DNA of 51,602 bases from Trichoplax sp. H2 (lineage: Eukaryota), in NCBI GenBank assembly GCA_003344405.1, contig NOWV01000313.1, positions 1 through 51,602 of the forward strand, read 5' to 3'. The notes beneath the pieces were generated by a model that saw nothing but the letters and a program-made list of their open reading frames with translations, did no database searches and was not told where the DNA came from. The translations under genes were made by a program, and so were the position numbers. Shown here one piece after another: positions 36,301 through 51,569 of this stretch (the first letter of the stretch is position 1; every line of letters begins with the position of its first letter).

Positions 36301-39300
36301 AAATTTCAGGTATCTAAATTATTTTACTACATTCTATAGGCCCTGCTGATTTATCTAAATTAGTAATAATTTTAGCTAAAAATAAGTACAGTAAATTAAA
36401 TGTTATAATAATATATAAAGAATGGAAACGAAAACTCTATTTTAGTGTTTGTTAGTCTTTATCAATTTTCTTAGTAAATGTAAACCTGGTCGGTATTATG
36501 AAAAAGCGGTTGATAAATTGAGCACAACAATTTTCTACCTCCATATTGCAATTGGTGTACACATGTTCATAAAATACAACCTTGAATAAATTACTTAAGA
36601 ATGTTACAGTTTGACTTTATATAGTTCATTATAAAAATTAACAACATTAATCCTCTGCAATTCATTTGTAAATTTGGGAAATTATTTCATAACGATAGAC
36701 GTCAAGCAGAAAAAATCATTTATTTTTAAATTTACGGAATAACCATATAATACTATTGCATTATAGCTCTCAACTACAAGAAATTGATGTTTGCAAATAA
36801 TGTCAAGGACTAATGTCGCCATACTTGTGGTGTTGCTGTTTTAATTTTATCTTGTACGCTACACAGAATTTTCTAACATAAGAATTTTATAGATATCTTA
36901 TAATTGCATTACAATATAACTTCATAATAGCCAAATCTCACTGTAAACAAGTTGGATTTTTGCGAGGAGAGAGTTAAGTAAAATGTCTACAGCTTTTTAA
37001 GGGTGTTTAGTTTGGTTTAGTATCAGTTACGAAATTTTAAAGTACTAATACTCTTCTGTGAGTACGCGCTTCTAATTTACACTCGCTTCCCTACTGACTG
37101 TAATGAATGGTTTGATAATTTTTGAGAGGTTAAGTAGCATAAATATCATTTAGAGATTATAAAAATGGGTACTGTAGAAAAAGATTATTTATTTTAGATA
37201 ATAAGCTGTATAATATTGAGGTATTTAGCATAAAACAACGGGCAATCTATCATGAAGTGGGCTGAGAAGTCCAACACTCAAATCTATAACAGTTGAGATA
37301 CGTAGAAGAAATAGCGGAACTTACAGTTCCCGAAGCAGAAAACATACAGAAAGTTAAAGTTTAGAATTAAAAACCATTGATGCTATATTAGTTCAGGTGC
37401 TAGCAAATGACTTTGATCAGTGGGAAAAAAATATAAGTATTGTAAGCTATTAAAAGCAGCAGTCTACAGTTGCTCGTAGCGCGAAAGGCTGAAAACAGCG
37501 TCAATATGTAAGAATAAGCTACGGTAGAATTATAGCTAAATCTTCATGCATAACAATGATCAGACTATAACAACTTAAATTTAATCGTTATAAGAATTAA
37601 TTTAAAGCTGACATACGTAGATAACAATTAATATTACTTAGATAGCATTAAAAAAGCACACTATTGTCTACATTAATGCAAAAGGGTAGGCAAAAGTATT
37701 TATCAATAAATTTTAACTTAAGGCATCTAACTAAGGCCGTATGAAGCCTATAGAAGATCGATTGCGTACCGATCTACAGTTCAATATTTGACGGTAATCT
37801 TTAAGTTACGAATTATTTTCGATCTATTTCATATCTTGATGACATTAACACTGTATCGACTATTCCTAACAATACATATTTCGCAAATACGTATGCTATA
37901 TAAGTAGCAATTGCATATGGGTTTTCATAATCGGCGGTGTTACCCAAAATTGCAAGTAATTGTCAATGTACGAGTAAGTATAAGATAAGATGCGGCAGCT
38001 AACTCATAAATTAACTTTCCGATTAAATATAACTACTTCGTAATTAACAAAATAGACACAAGTAGCAAGCGTAAGTAGCGGCAATATGAATTTTGGATGC
38101 ATCCGCCACGTCTTGAATTTAGAAAAGTTTATCATATCACAAGATCAAAACTCCTGCTCTTGGGCTACTAACTGAATCAGTATCAATTCTAAAATTGCAA
38201 TTACTTTGAATGATTGATTTCGAATCATTTATGACCTAAAAGACTCATGGCTACACTTAGTAGCGTATCTGAATATACTGTACTATAATTCGTTTCACTG
38301 TTGTTACTAAAATTTTTGGTAAAGTTACGCTTGTCTATTACAGATAATACGAATCATATTTTGCCTCATAGTTTTGCTTATAGCACTACTTAATTCGGTA
38401 TAAAACTTATATTAATCAAGATAACGTACTCTTTGCTCCTATTGCTTTAATATAAATCTCAGGATTATTACCGTTAGAAGTGATGTCTTTATTTGTATAG
38501 TGAGTTAGTTCTATTGCTCCTTAGTCATGGTATAATTATGAGCAGTGTGGTAAACATGAAATTATCCTAGCGGCATCATCTAGTCGTACCTGATTAAATA
38601 TATCAATACGGCAGATCTCTAAAATTATCAGATTTATGTCGTGAGGTCATAGTTATAAATCCTTCTAAAATTATAACAGCTTATTTACTATCCTGGATAA
38701 GTAATTCATAAATATCAATGTTGCGTTAGCTAGCAATTCCTGGGCATATCAATTAAGAACTATGCTATCTCATCTAATCTCGTAGAATAACCCTTTTGGA
38801 CTTCATAATTTACGATACTAGAAGCCATGTAAGCAATTTATCACTTAGAATTTAGAAATATAAACCATGGCTTTTATTATCATGAATGATCATGGTAAGA
38901 TCTACATTTGTTTGAAGAGTTTATGAGATATCTGGGAGTGTTCTAGATTCAGATCGCTGCATTATTATTAAACAATCTTCAGAAAATACTGTTGTTCTTT
39001 GGCCAGTGAAAATGAATTAAATTTTATTCTTAACTTCGCATGTAATATTCCAATAATTGAATACGGCTGCGTATTTATCGTATGCAAAAGGTTCAAATTC
39101 ATACCTATAAATAACCATAGGGTAATGGAGTTCTAAAAAATTTTAGATCTTATTATTAAAGCTAGCATTCTTCCAAGGACGATCACAACATAATATACTT
39201 AAACAACTTTAGGTTATGAAAGCTGTTGCACGTTAATCGTATTTTCATACTGTAATAAATCACTACAGAACTTTCAAACTTTGCTGTATAGAATCATAGT

Positions 39301-42300
39301 TGAAAAATAGTAGAATTTTGTGAAAATATTTAATTCGCTAGCAGTAGGTAAGCGTTTTAAGATTATAAGAAAATGAAATGTTAATATTATCCATGTAAGA
39401 TAATTATTTGAAAATTCAGGGATTATCAAATTTAAATGCCCTTGTAGAGGTCTTGCTTGAGCTTCATGAACTCTCAGAATTTATACGGGCAATGTTTAAT
39501 CCAAATCCAAGAATATCACACAGAATCTCTATACAGAAGTAATAAAATTTAAGAAGCTAGAGACCTAAACTAAAGTTACTTAAAATGGTATCAAGGTGTA
39601 ACCATATAATTAAAAATGTAAAAGATATTTGCACGATACAACTAGCAATTGATTCTGGTATCTCATTTATATTGGCGTGAGGTTAACTACTCAAATTTTA
39701 TTAATTCTAATGAATTATAGAAGAATTAGATGAAGCATAAGGGCTGCGAAGAGATATTTATTTAAGGTTACGATGAGTCCATTGTCATGTTAGCTTTAGC
39801 TATAACCAGTAGGATATCCCGCTTGTGATACATTACCTAAATATACTTTTATCATAAAACTCTAACGCTGTTCTGATCAATAATTTAGTTTTGGATTAGG
39901 AAGGTTTGTCAGATTATTTGACATGCTTAATCAAAAGTCTCGAATTAGTATGTCTACTATAGAATGGAAGCATTTATTGATACGGTTTGTATACAAGTAA
40001 TTTGTGTGCAGATTTGTCAAAGTGGTATTGTCCAGTTTATCTTAGTCATTTTCAGTTGTTCTTAAGAGAAGAAGAAATTGGAAATCTTCACTGACAGACG
40101 GACGTATCAATAAACGTTGATATTCAAGGCTATTTATTTGGTGTTGACCTTCGTGTATCACATTAGGGAATTACTCTATTTTGCTAATTCAAATTTTGGG
40201 TTACGTAAGTGAATCTACAGTAATAGCAGGAGACTATTACTCGATCATTTACAGCACGATGTAGGAAGAATCTATTTAAAGCTTCAAAATTGTTTAATAA
40301 ATCATTCTCTTCTTAATGAATAAAATAAGGTACATTATTATTCGTTTCTGCCATTGATAACTTACGTTTTAAACCATAGTATATCTTGGACAAATTAGAC
40401 TCTAAGACATTGGATAAACGTAGTTGTGGGATTGTTACTGTTGAATTAGTTATTAAAAAACAAAAATATTTCTACTTAGCTAAGTTCCTGATTTTTACGA
40501 TCTGATTCTTTATAATAGCTAAAATTGAATAACAAAAACTAATCACTTGAGTGATGTCTAAACCCAAGTATCGATATAATCAAGGTTCTACAAAGATTTG
40601 TTCGTTATTTGAAGGCAATGCGTTGGCAATATACCAAATAACAAAATCTTATTATTTAACGCACTGAGTTCAATTTGTGAGATAAGGTCTGACATCGTGA
40701 ATACCATAGCAAAAAACACTTTCGCATATAATTTCTTAAGCCTTAACAGCTGTTTATTTCAAAAGTTCGATGAGATAAAAGTAACGCGATAAAGCCTATT
40801 ATCTATAGCTGCTACAGTTACATCATCCCAGTAGTTACAATGGTAATTAATCGTTTTAAAGGTATTTGAGCTACTATAAAATATCAATGGCTACTCTTTC
40901 AAGTATTTTAAGAGCTGCATTATTTCTAATTTTAATATCTATTTGTTAGCAACACATATTTGAAAAACAGCAACTTAATTCAAAAAGTAAAAGCAATAAA
41001 TTTCCTTATGGCGAAGTTTGAGATAATTTATTTATCGATATCTCGCATGGTAATGTCGAGAATCGTACTTTATAATACTTGACAACTGGACCTCAGTCTG
41101 GACTAAAATTAACTTTATACAACAAAATTCTCGACCTCGTCTTACTGCATCTCGGTGAAAATGTAGGACTTCTTTTAAAATATGTAATAAATAATTAGAG
41201 TGGCTATAGAAATAAACTTTATAAAATCGTAGAATTTTAGCTACTGACTATCTCTATGGAACTATAAAGATAAACGTATTAAAGTTTCTAATTCTAGATA
41301 TGAAAAGAAGATAACGTACTCGCAATCTGCTTGATCAATGTTATTTTTATCTATAATTATAATAAAAGAAAAGCTTCTGATACGAACATAGACTCAAGTT
41401 TTACCCATATTAGCTGCCCCTTTTAGGTAGAGACTAGCAAACTTTCTACCAGGATTTATAATAGTATAACCTAGAATACTTCAAAGATAATTTGCACTAA
41501 ATTTGCTATACACGTACTTTACGTATATTCGATTAAGAGCTTAGACTAGCAGTAACCAAGTCATAAAACTACGATTTAAGACAAGATCTTATATTACGAC
41601 TAAATAATTATTGATATAACAACAAGCTATCATGAATGGTTAGCTCTATAATTCTCAATTTGTTAACTCAAGCGTTGAGCTTTTAGATTCGAGCGAAGTC
41701 CAAATGCGACACATAGTCAATACCGCTTTAAATTTTAGAAGTAATGTTCGATTATCAGTCCGTCTATCTCAGAAGAATTCACTTTCATTTTCTTAAACAT
41801 AGTAAAAATGGCTACAATAAACGGAATAATCAACTTCAACTTTAGAGCAAAAATTCCATATAACTTATATTAAATAAAATCAAATATACGCGTACCTTTA
41901 CAATGTTCCGTCTAGGTGTTAAGGGTTGTATTAGCTCATATATTACTTAAAGGACAGCTCTACAAGTATAAAGGTGTCAGCTACGGGCCTTTTATGCATA
42001 TAACAGGAATGAAACAAATACACTGCTTCAGTATATCAGCCATCATCCAAAATTTATCAAGCACAACTGACTATTCTATATCAGATAGCTTTTTATTGCA
42101 TATTGCTATTACACATTCAAAACTGTTTTACCACTGTTATTAGCTGAAGTCACGTAGAGAAGTGACGTTAAGTTGTATTAACGCTAACTAATACTAAGAT
42201 GTACCAAAGTCCAATAAATTAACCGACATATGATTATACGATCAACTGGAGTACGCACTGTAATTAGACTTATGCTACTTCAGACATAAACTTGGCCTAG

Positions 42301-42430
42301 CGTAATAGTGCAAGCTATTACAAGTCGCTACATAGTTGTTTATAATGAATCTATAAATGCCATGATATTTAATGCAACCCGATTTAATGCCGTCATAACC
42401 TCACCAAGTCATGAAAATAAAATACCTGGC

Positions 42431-42986
42431 TGTAATGTAACTAGTATTGTGATTGTAGACTATTAGCCATGTTTAGTACAGTATAGTGTACGGTAGATAT
42501 TTATCCTAAGAGATATTTGGTAGCTATAACTATAGACTGTAGTGGTAGAGACTCTATACTAGAGTACAGATGATTATATACAGTAGGGTGTTGAGTTACT
42601 AATAAGGCTATAGGTAAGAATAGAACTGTAAATCATATATTAGGATATGGTTAATTCATTGCACTTTGGCTGGTGTGAATAATATCTACGTAAGTACTGT
42701 AGTCGTATCCATATTGGATTAATGATGGTCCGCAGTAGAATAGTCTTTCTAAGAATAATTTAACTATGTGTAATATAAGGTAAAAGGTTGCCATGCGGAT
42801 TGTAGCTGCGAATACTACGAAAAGTATAAAAGTATACAACTTTAGATTATTCAGTTAGTTCGTTCTAGAAGTCTTTAGTAGTAGTATTCGACTAGAGTAG
42901 AGCTGTGTCTAGTTAATCTTTGTATAAGATTCAATAAAGCCCTTATTTTTCTAAAATTTGGAATTTCGTAATTGGTATATATCACA
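42431..42986 (+). mobile_element. Solo LTR of a second family, 556 bp
   Basis: TGTAAT...ATCACA termini, perfect TSD CTGGC, GTATAAAAG near 42824 followed by AATAAA near 42933. Confidence 0.78.
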
Positions 42987-45900
42987 CTGGCTATCAATAT
43001 TTCCTTAAATTAAACTACAATAAAATTTTATCGAGTCTATTATTGCAGCTAATTTAGCTATCTCTGTATGAACATGCATAACTAAGTATCCTTAGTAGTG
43101 CTTTCAATGTCATTCAATTCAGTACTAAAAGTTGCAGGTAAATCAAAAACTACTTACTTAGCAACTTTTAATTCAGAAACATTAAGAACAATTTATCCAT
43201 GTCTAGTATTACAGCTAATTGGTCGTTTTCATAGCAGCTAATTATTCATATTCCTTAAGTATAATGCAATAGTGTGATTTATAAATATTTCTTTTTGCTA
43301 CTGAAATACTCATTGTTCCCGTAGAAGTGATTATATATGTAACCTGATACCAAGGTAATCTAGATCACGATCTTATGCTTCAATTCACTAAAAAATATTA
43401 CTGGACCATATTCTTTCTATAAATATCGAATAAGTCTTGTAGCTATATAGCAAGAAGAGTACTCATGACGATTTTTTGACGCAATATCACAAAGATCTGG
43501 TCGGTAATGATAATAAAAGCTATGTTATCATACATAGCCTGGCAATTATGTTGATATTTTGCTAATCTTGGCTTGCAAAGATATTGAATTTGAAAAAGTT
43601 AAATCATATTTGCTAAGAGCTACTACTTAGAAAGATATTCAATTTGAAGGGAAAAAGGATTTATAAAATTTTAATTAATAGCTGACGACAATACAGTATA
43701 TCAGACTTATGAACGCAATATTAAATACCTTACTAAGTCTTAACTAAGTAATGATATTCGGTAATAGGTGTACTCATATTTTAAACTTGTACAGTAAATT
43801 TACATCGAAGATCATAGCACAGAGTTGTTTTATCGATATGGCCTGTTGCTAAGGGTAACTAACTTTATGCAAGGATCAAACAAGCTTTCTTGTGCAGGCT
43901 ATCTGCTATTATACTACATTACTACTAGTTTATTGTAATTATATATTTAGTTATGATACATATTCCCCCTATTTGAAATTATATTTGTCTATAGCTAAAT
44001 ATGCATGCTCTATATGTAATCGCGTTACTTCTATAGCATCTATGTGATTACAACCTTATTGTCATTGCTATGCATTGGGTCCAATCATATCATTTCAATA
44101 AAATTCTAGGAATTAAAGATTTTTAACAAACAAAAAGAATGCTACTTTCGCTTTAATAATAAATAAAGTAATCATGTTACGCCGACTCAATAATTATAAT
44201 TTTAAATGATACCCATTAATAGCACGTCTTTCCAAAAGTTTGTTTTCCCTATGTATATACCGATTCAACAACTTTTCTTTTATATTAGAGACTATAATCG
44301 ATAACATCGAACTAATATAACATATCTTAATAATAGATAAATTTATAAATTAAGGCATAAGGCTATAACATTTGTGCCTGCCAAGGAACCTCTAACGGAC
44401 TATGGTGATTCAAGAGTAATACATAAATGATACTTTCGAAATTTTCTGCGTGACCAAATGTAGATTAAGATTGATTCGCTGGTTGATGGTTAGTCTCGAT
44501 TTGGAATATGAAATTGGACTGATAACTAGTAGTAAATAATTGTTTCAGATAATACCTTGTCTTAAATGTGATTAGCTGCATTATAGAATAGTTATTGAAT
44601 TATAGATGTAGTTAAATATGAGATTTGAGGTACATGGTGTATAATTAAGTAGAAATTTAGTCACAGTCGTAACTATAGCTGCGCATGGTATGTTTTATCC
44701 TACATCCAACAATGCTATAAATACCTTGTAAGCAACAGTTATGCATTTTTGGCTGGCACATACTAGGACCATTCTGATTGAAATATCCAGATGAAGTCAA
44801 TCAGAATAGCAATCCTTCATTGCTTCAAATTATTTTCGTTGTATTTGTTAACACCTGTCCATTAATACTTCTTATGAAATAGGACATCATTTCATATAGT
44901 CGAATATCTATAATCAATTTGAAACTAATCATGAACAAGTCTACGAATTGTAGAATACTCGTATTGCATATTTTATTAATGTCTTCGGTATATTTATTAG
45001 AGTTTCTAACTGGATCAATATTAGATATAAGCTTTTTAAGATAAAATACCCGCTTACAAAATTGTCTTAGATAATTTAACTATTAAATGTAAACTAACAT
45101 TCTACGAAAATATTACAAATCGATGTCTACAATAAGAGATCACACAACGAGTCTAAAGTCCAAATTGGCCCCTTCGAATCACAAAATTTCAAGGCAAATA
45201 TTCTGATTTTTGCACTGTCAACCGTAAATAGCACTTTCCTATTTTTTATTTATGATAATGCAAACAAATTACTGTTACGCTCTTCTATTGACTGTCTGCA
45301 CACAATTTCGATACAGATTACTTTAATAATTTATTTAAACTTAAAATTATTATAATCTTTCCAAAATCAAAGCTTAAAATAAATACTACGATAAATTGAC
45401 AATCTGCCCATACTTAAGTTCGTTTCAGACCTTCATGATTCGTTCGCTGTTACTTTGTTACATTACACCACATCATTTCTAATATTATTAAATCGCTTTC
45501 AACTAAAAATAAAATAGAGTACTATAGCATATTACTATTCCTTTACCAACAATTTTTCTATCATTAAGAATATTATCAGGATAATGTTTATCTTTAATCT
45601 TTCTAATACTTTTGCAATTCAAATAAAGCTTAAGAAAATTTAATAGTCTATTGACAAATTTACTCGTATACAATTTCTTAGAACGTTTCCTTAATGACTA
45701 TTTCAGATAAATCCTCGCTATAGGTATAAATTTATTTATTCCTGAAGTTGTTACATTTACTTTCAGGAATATCTGAACGTAATGACAATTCTTATTCGGT
45801 ATAATACGAATGAAATACTACAACGTATTGATAATCTGTCCATACTTAATTTCCTTCTAGAATGTAATGACAAATACATATAAATAAATTATCGTCATTC

Positions 45901-48900
45901 AGCAGGCATTTCGAGTCTTATAGAATTTGGAACTAAATAGAGCTTTAATACTTTAACAACCCGCTACGATGCACCGATATTCTTCGAAAAGATTTACATC
46001 GGTAGTTTTATTGCAAATTTTTAAGACTGTTTATAAGTTTAGATACGGAACTACTATATCACCTCTGATATGAATTGTTTAAAATCAATTGAAGCTTAAA
46101 ATATCTGTTAAAATACTATTAAAAATCTCCTTATATAGAACTTGTACCTAAAATTTCATGATAATTTTTCAGTTACACATTACCATTGGTTAAATTTTCA
46201 GAGTTATTAAAGATCTCTAAAACAGTAATAATTTAATGATATTGCGCAATGGACTTATAAGTTATTTAACCATAAATAATCGTCGCTATTGCTAATATCT
46301 TATATACGATTCTATGCCATACTGTTGTTAATTGGTTGCCTACATAGCGATATCTAATCCTAGATCAGATCCATTGTCTGAAAATATTGTTATTAAGGGC
46401 TATAAATATTACAATGCGAGCGATGGTATGCCATTCTAATTTAATGTTCGACAAAAACTGCAATAGAGCAAATAGCAAACACGTATTTATTGGAAGACAA
46501 GCATTGATAGAAAACTGGTATTAATCAATATAAAAATAAAGTATTAATACACAGATTTTAGATATGTAAGGAAAGTATATAACACAATGGAAATTCTCAA
46601 ATATGAAAAATATCTGATTTTGTTCACCTTCTAGCACGTGCTTTATCGTAGGATGACAACTTCTGTAGATAAAACAGCATTCTTTTTTTACTGTAAAGAT
46701 CATAAAGGTGTAAAGTAATCATAAATTTTACTTCATAAAATATATAGGGACGATCGGCACTTTTGACTTTAAGATGTAATATTTTTATGAATAAAGTAAA
46801 TAGCGAGAGAAGTTTACAAGTTGTGCTTAATTAGACATATGTTTCGAGTTAGTAAAATTTATTATCTGAAACGATGGTGATCACGGTGATAGAACAATTA
46901 CATTTGATTGATGCAAATAAGCTAATAACAATAAAGATGTAGATCATATGCAAAGATATTTTAATGATGACTATTACTTAGCAAGCAACCGTAATTATTA
47001 CCGACAACTATATTTTATAGCTCAGGAGAAGAAAATCCCTTAAAGCTTCCAGTCGTTATAATTGATGACTATTATTTCATTCAAATATCCAGTTTTTATC
47101 ATACTTTGGATCTTAAAACTCAGTTGAGCTAGAATCACGTGCGTTAAAAGAGAATGGTCAGTTAATTAGTTTTTTTTTTCGATCTGCCAACAATCGTTTC
47201 TAAACTAATCTGGTGTAATTTGTAGAATACGATGAGAGAATATATCGTGAGAATATACAATCTGTATTGAATAGGGGCAATCGCAAAATTAATCTATTTT
47301 AATTTATTTGCTATTATTTATGATATTACGATGAAGTTCAAACAGTAAAACTTCTCGGTAAGCTGGTCTACTAAAGTGCTTGAATTAAAAAAAATGTCAA
47401 TATTCAACAAGATGAGATGGTCCACATGACAATAGTTTATAGACAAAATTAATGTATTTTCAATTTAATTGCTGTTATTCGAGGGTATTAATCTGAAGTT
47501 GGTATAGTATCATCTTCGATATGCTAATCTACTAGGGGATTAAAAATATAACGAGGGGGGTAGAATCCTTGGAATAAGCGTGCACAGTTAACATTAATTT
47601 TAATTTTAATTTTAATGGCCATTATTGAATAGCATTGACTGAAAATTGAAACTGCACAACCCTACAGATTAATATTGATGATAATAAGGCAAAAATAATT
47701 ATGAAGGGAAGGAGGAGTAGTCATTTCGATGAATAAATGGATGAATAATAGATCTAATTCAATTATTTACCGTAGTTGAACAACAATAGCTACACAACAT
47801 GATCTAGCTTGCCTGTATTAATACAATCTTTAATTAAATATATTGTCAAAATTTGACTGTGTAAATTTTGCGCATTTAATTCTCACCCATGCGACCTTAT
47901 TACTTATATTTAAACATAATATCGACGACAGTCATAATTTGTGTTATCGAACTTATGTACATTTTCACAGATAATCATAAACGAATTCACTTTCTGCGCA
48001 GTTTTCCAGTCGTGAAAAATTTAATTTATAAGTTTATAACTTTTTATCTTTCATCTGATCGATTCGATTATCCTCGTTTGATTTGATATTAGAGTTTATA
48101 CTATAGGTAAGATTAAAAGAAATAAGTTAGCATCAAACGGAATAATTTTTTAACTCTCTCTAAATTCTAATGAGTAGTAGGAAGATAAGAGCTATATTTT
48201 AATTACTCCATTTCAATTTTTTAATCATTTTCAATGCAAATTTTTGGTATTTATGGCGATTAATCGATGACTCATTTTGGTTTATTTTGACCTGTTTCAA
48301 CTTTCTATGCTAAAATCGTCTTTTGGTACTTTATTTTGACATTACACAATTACTTTACATCGTATCTTTAGGAGCTAGTATATTAGTTAATGAGACTTTG
48401 ATTCACTTCATCATCTATCTAATGATCTAAATCTACTTTAATCATGAATTGATCATTAATTTCTATTTGATTTACGGTTGCTGTTGAGATTAATAATGCT
48501 GGCGAATAATAGGATATTTTACAATTCCAATGCATGCTAGTTTATAGGCTTGTGTTTATTTCCAGCTATTTATTATATATTCCACCGATGATGTCCTTAT
48601 TGTTCTCATTTTTATAAAATAGCTTATTTGTAGTATCAGTAGACTCAGTTATTACAATAGCCGGTTCATAGAAATATTAGTATAAATATAGAAGGTAACG
48701 AACGTACTTTATGCAGGACATTTAAATTGACTTTCTATTCTAATTCTTTATTAAGGTGAAATATCAACTACAAAAAAATTGTAGTTTCATCGATTGGCGC
48801 AAGTTTTGTATTATTGGAAGTATGATAGGGAAAAAAGAGTCTTATTGTAAAGCTATTTTGCTTACCCATATCCTGCTCATGCACTTGGCTCAAGTTACTG

Positions 48901-50999
48901 GTTAGATATTTCTTTGATTTTCTGCATTCGGTCTCACAGCTTTCGCCATCTAATATTTAATTTACTACTGTCTTTATTATTTTCATTGGAGTTTTGTGCC
49001 TTATTATTAAATAATATCAATCTGGACTTCAGAAAACATATTTACACTTGTATATTATGTGGTATGGTTTGAAATACACTTTCTTTTTCTATCATTTTCA
49101 ATTTAGTATAATTGTTGATCCTTATAATGATCCTATGCCGTAATTCCTTATGGTCAATATGGGAATTCTTCTTTTCATCTTACATCTCTATTGATGTAGA
49201 TCTTCATGTTCATATTACTACTAATGAAAATGAGTTTTAGAGATAGCCCGCACCGATTATGATTTAAAACAAGCAGATTTATAATCACCAGTTTTATAAA
49301 TTTGTTCAGCACGGTACAATTAATTCTTTAGGAATGCTTCAATTTTAATATTGTTAGTTTCTACATTCCACCAACTTAACTCATTTAGGAAAATCTTAGT
49401 CTTGTATTCATGATTTTTTTTCAAGCGGAGTGATCAGATTTGCAATGATATTTTGATTGATTAAAATTTTCTATTTATTTTTAGACAATTCGTAACATGA
49501 CAGCTATTATTTGATCACGCATGTATCTAAAGTGAAACGATGGAATCTATTTGCAGTATTATAGCAATTATTAATAGGATGTAGTAATATCTCGAAGTTG
49601 GTGTGTCATTCTAGTTCTTGCAATCTAACTTCTGGTAATGGATATTTTAACAGATGAAAATTTGATACGGACATTCCTTTATACCGTCACTTTAAAATTA
49701 TGCTGGTCCTAGTAAAAATAATAATTATCTAGCAAGAAGTTCTTTCTTCGACTGGTTATATATTATTTTTGCTACTAGATTCTAGTTTGAAATGATTTAA
49801 GATGAAGCCATTTCATATAAAAACTTTTCACGTATAAGGTATCATTGTTTTCATATCAGTAGTTATAGTGTTGTTTAAGTTTATGTCGCCTTTAAACATC
49901 TTGAAACAATAGCAAATATCTGTAGAGCGATAAATCATAAATACTAAGAGATAATGTACCGATAACAAGGTCTGACGACATGTAAGAAATTAAAGCTTTA
50001 TGACAAGTTTGTGATCAATATTTTAATTGTTTTCTCTTCGAACCTAATCCAATATAGTCCATCTTTATATCATAGAATGCCAAGTCTTCAATGTATGATC
50101 ATGATAATTTGTAATTGATTATTATCAATTTACTATGTGGAGCTAAATCAATCATAAGATTTTCTAATCGATAAGGTAAATTATCAAGCTAAAGGAAGGA
50201 TAGAAGTCTATTTAATTTGATCAAAATAGTTTACTACTTTACTTACTAAGTTAAAAGGATGCTAAGAGATAACTAAATCGTCATGGATTTTTTTAATCAA
50301 TATCTTCAAGCCGACTACAGTATTAAAATTAACTGAATTTACCTTTATATCTTTTAAGAGATTATTGCGATACGATATCTAACTATAATCTTTGGAACAA
50401 TTAGTCAGACTATTTCTAATCGATAATTTATGAATCAAGGGTGATTTCAAAGATTTTGCTACTTGATTACAATATTTCCGAATAGATAATTTAAGTCGAT
50501 GCTGTCTTGTTAAGTACCAACTCTAATTACGATATTTATAGCCAATACCTTTATAGTTACAGCAATATCAAAGCTTCAACTAAGATAATCACAATATCTT
50601 CGAATTTTTTAACTTTTAGAAGAGCCAGAATACGAGGTTTTAGCTCAATAAATCACTATATTTTCCAAGTATCACTTCGTTACTACTGCATTTAAATCTA
50701 ACTAAAATGAGGTATTGAATATCCTAATCGTATGCATGATGTTAAGAGAATTCTTGTTGTCAACTAAATTGATCATGGTATACTTTAACCAATTAAGAAT
50801 GAAACTTTATAGTGTGCTATCAAGATGTTAATTAAATTGAAACCTATGATATATTCCCTAATGGATAACACCCAAGCTACCGTGGTGTTAAGCGTTGATT
50901 TATAGAATGATTCCGATATTTTCTTATGACATTTGCCATTACATACCCAGTAGCTGAAGGACTTTAAGTATTGCCCAATTTTATCAAATTTTATTTGAC

Positions 51000-51569
51000 T
51001 GTCACAAATCAGCTTCGTGACAAAGATAACGTATAGCAAATCTCTAAATCACTATAGTCTTGGGAATTCAGTATCCCTTAACTATCTCACAAGAATTTAG
51101 ACGCCTTTGCTTCTACGTTAAACAACTATAGAACTCTTCTTTATTCAACTATTTGCCGAGCTTAAATACTCTTCAGCAGCAGCTATCATGTATCAGTCAT
51201 AACAGTAGTTCTTGAAATTTAGTTCATATTGTATAGCTAAATTAATACAGAAATTATTCATAATTTTAGACATGTACTGAACGATTCTAGATAATTAGAT
51301 TACAGTATGTCCATACTCAGAATTATTTATAGTATCATCTGTAACTGAATATCTTCAGGATATTCATCACAAACGTTACATGGCATAACATTATAATCAA
51401 TTAACATTAGTTACCGTATAAGAACTCTTGCTACAGTATAGTATAATTTACTGTAATAAAATAATAACTATCGTAGTTCTTACTGTAAGTCATTATTAGT
51501 TTTCTCCATATATAAATGTTTACCACTAAATTTAATCAATTACTCTTCACGGCGGTTCGTACCGTGACA
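51000..51569 (-). mobile_element. Solo LTR-like element (family A), 570 bp
   Basis: TGTCAC...GTGACA termini, perfect TSD TTGAC; both ends and the internal AAGGCGTCTAA motif match 482-921 in reverse. Confidence 0.88.

Noticed and set aside
48868..48949. Isolated minus-strand exon-like segment with a gtaag donor
   Set aside because: No partner exons or recognisable product.
1739..51039. Remaining 60-84 aa ORFs (1739, 9714, 19389, 19471, 24065, 27246, 41916, 42651, 46521, 47889, 50507, 50785)
   Set aside because: Mostly non-ATG starts, no recognisable domains; several lie in introns or LTRs. Only part of 50785 is kept as a possible relic.
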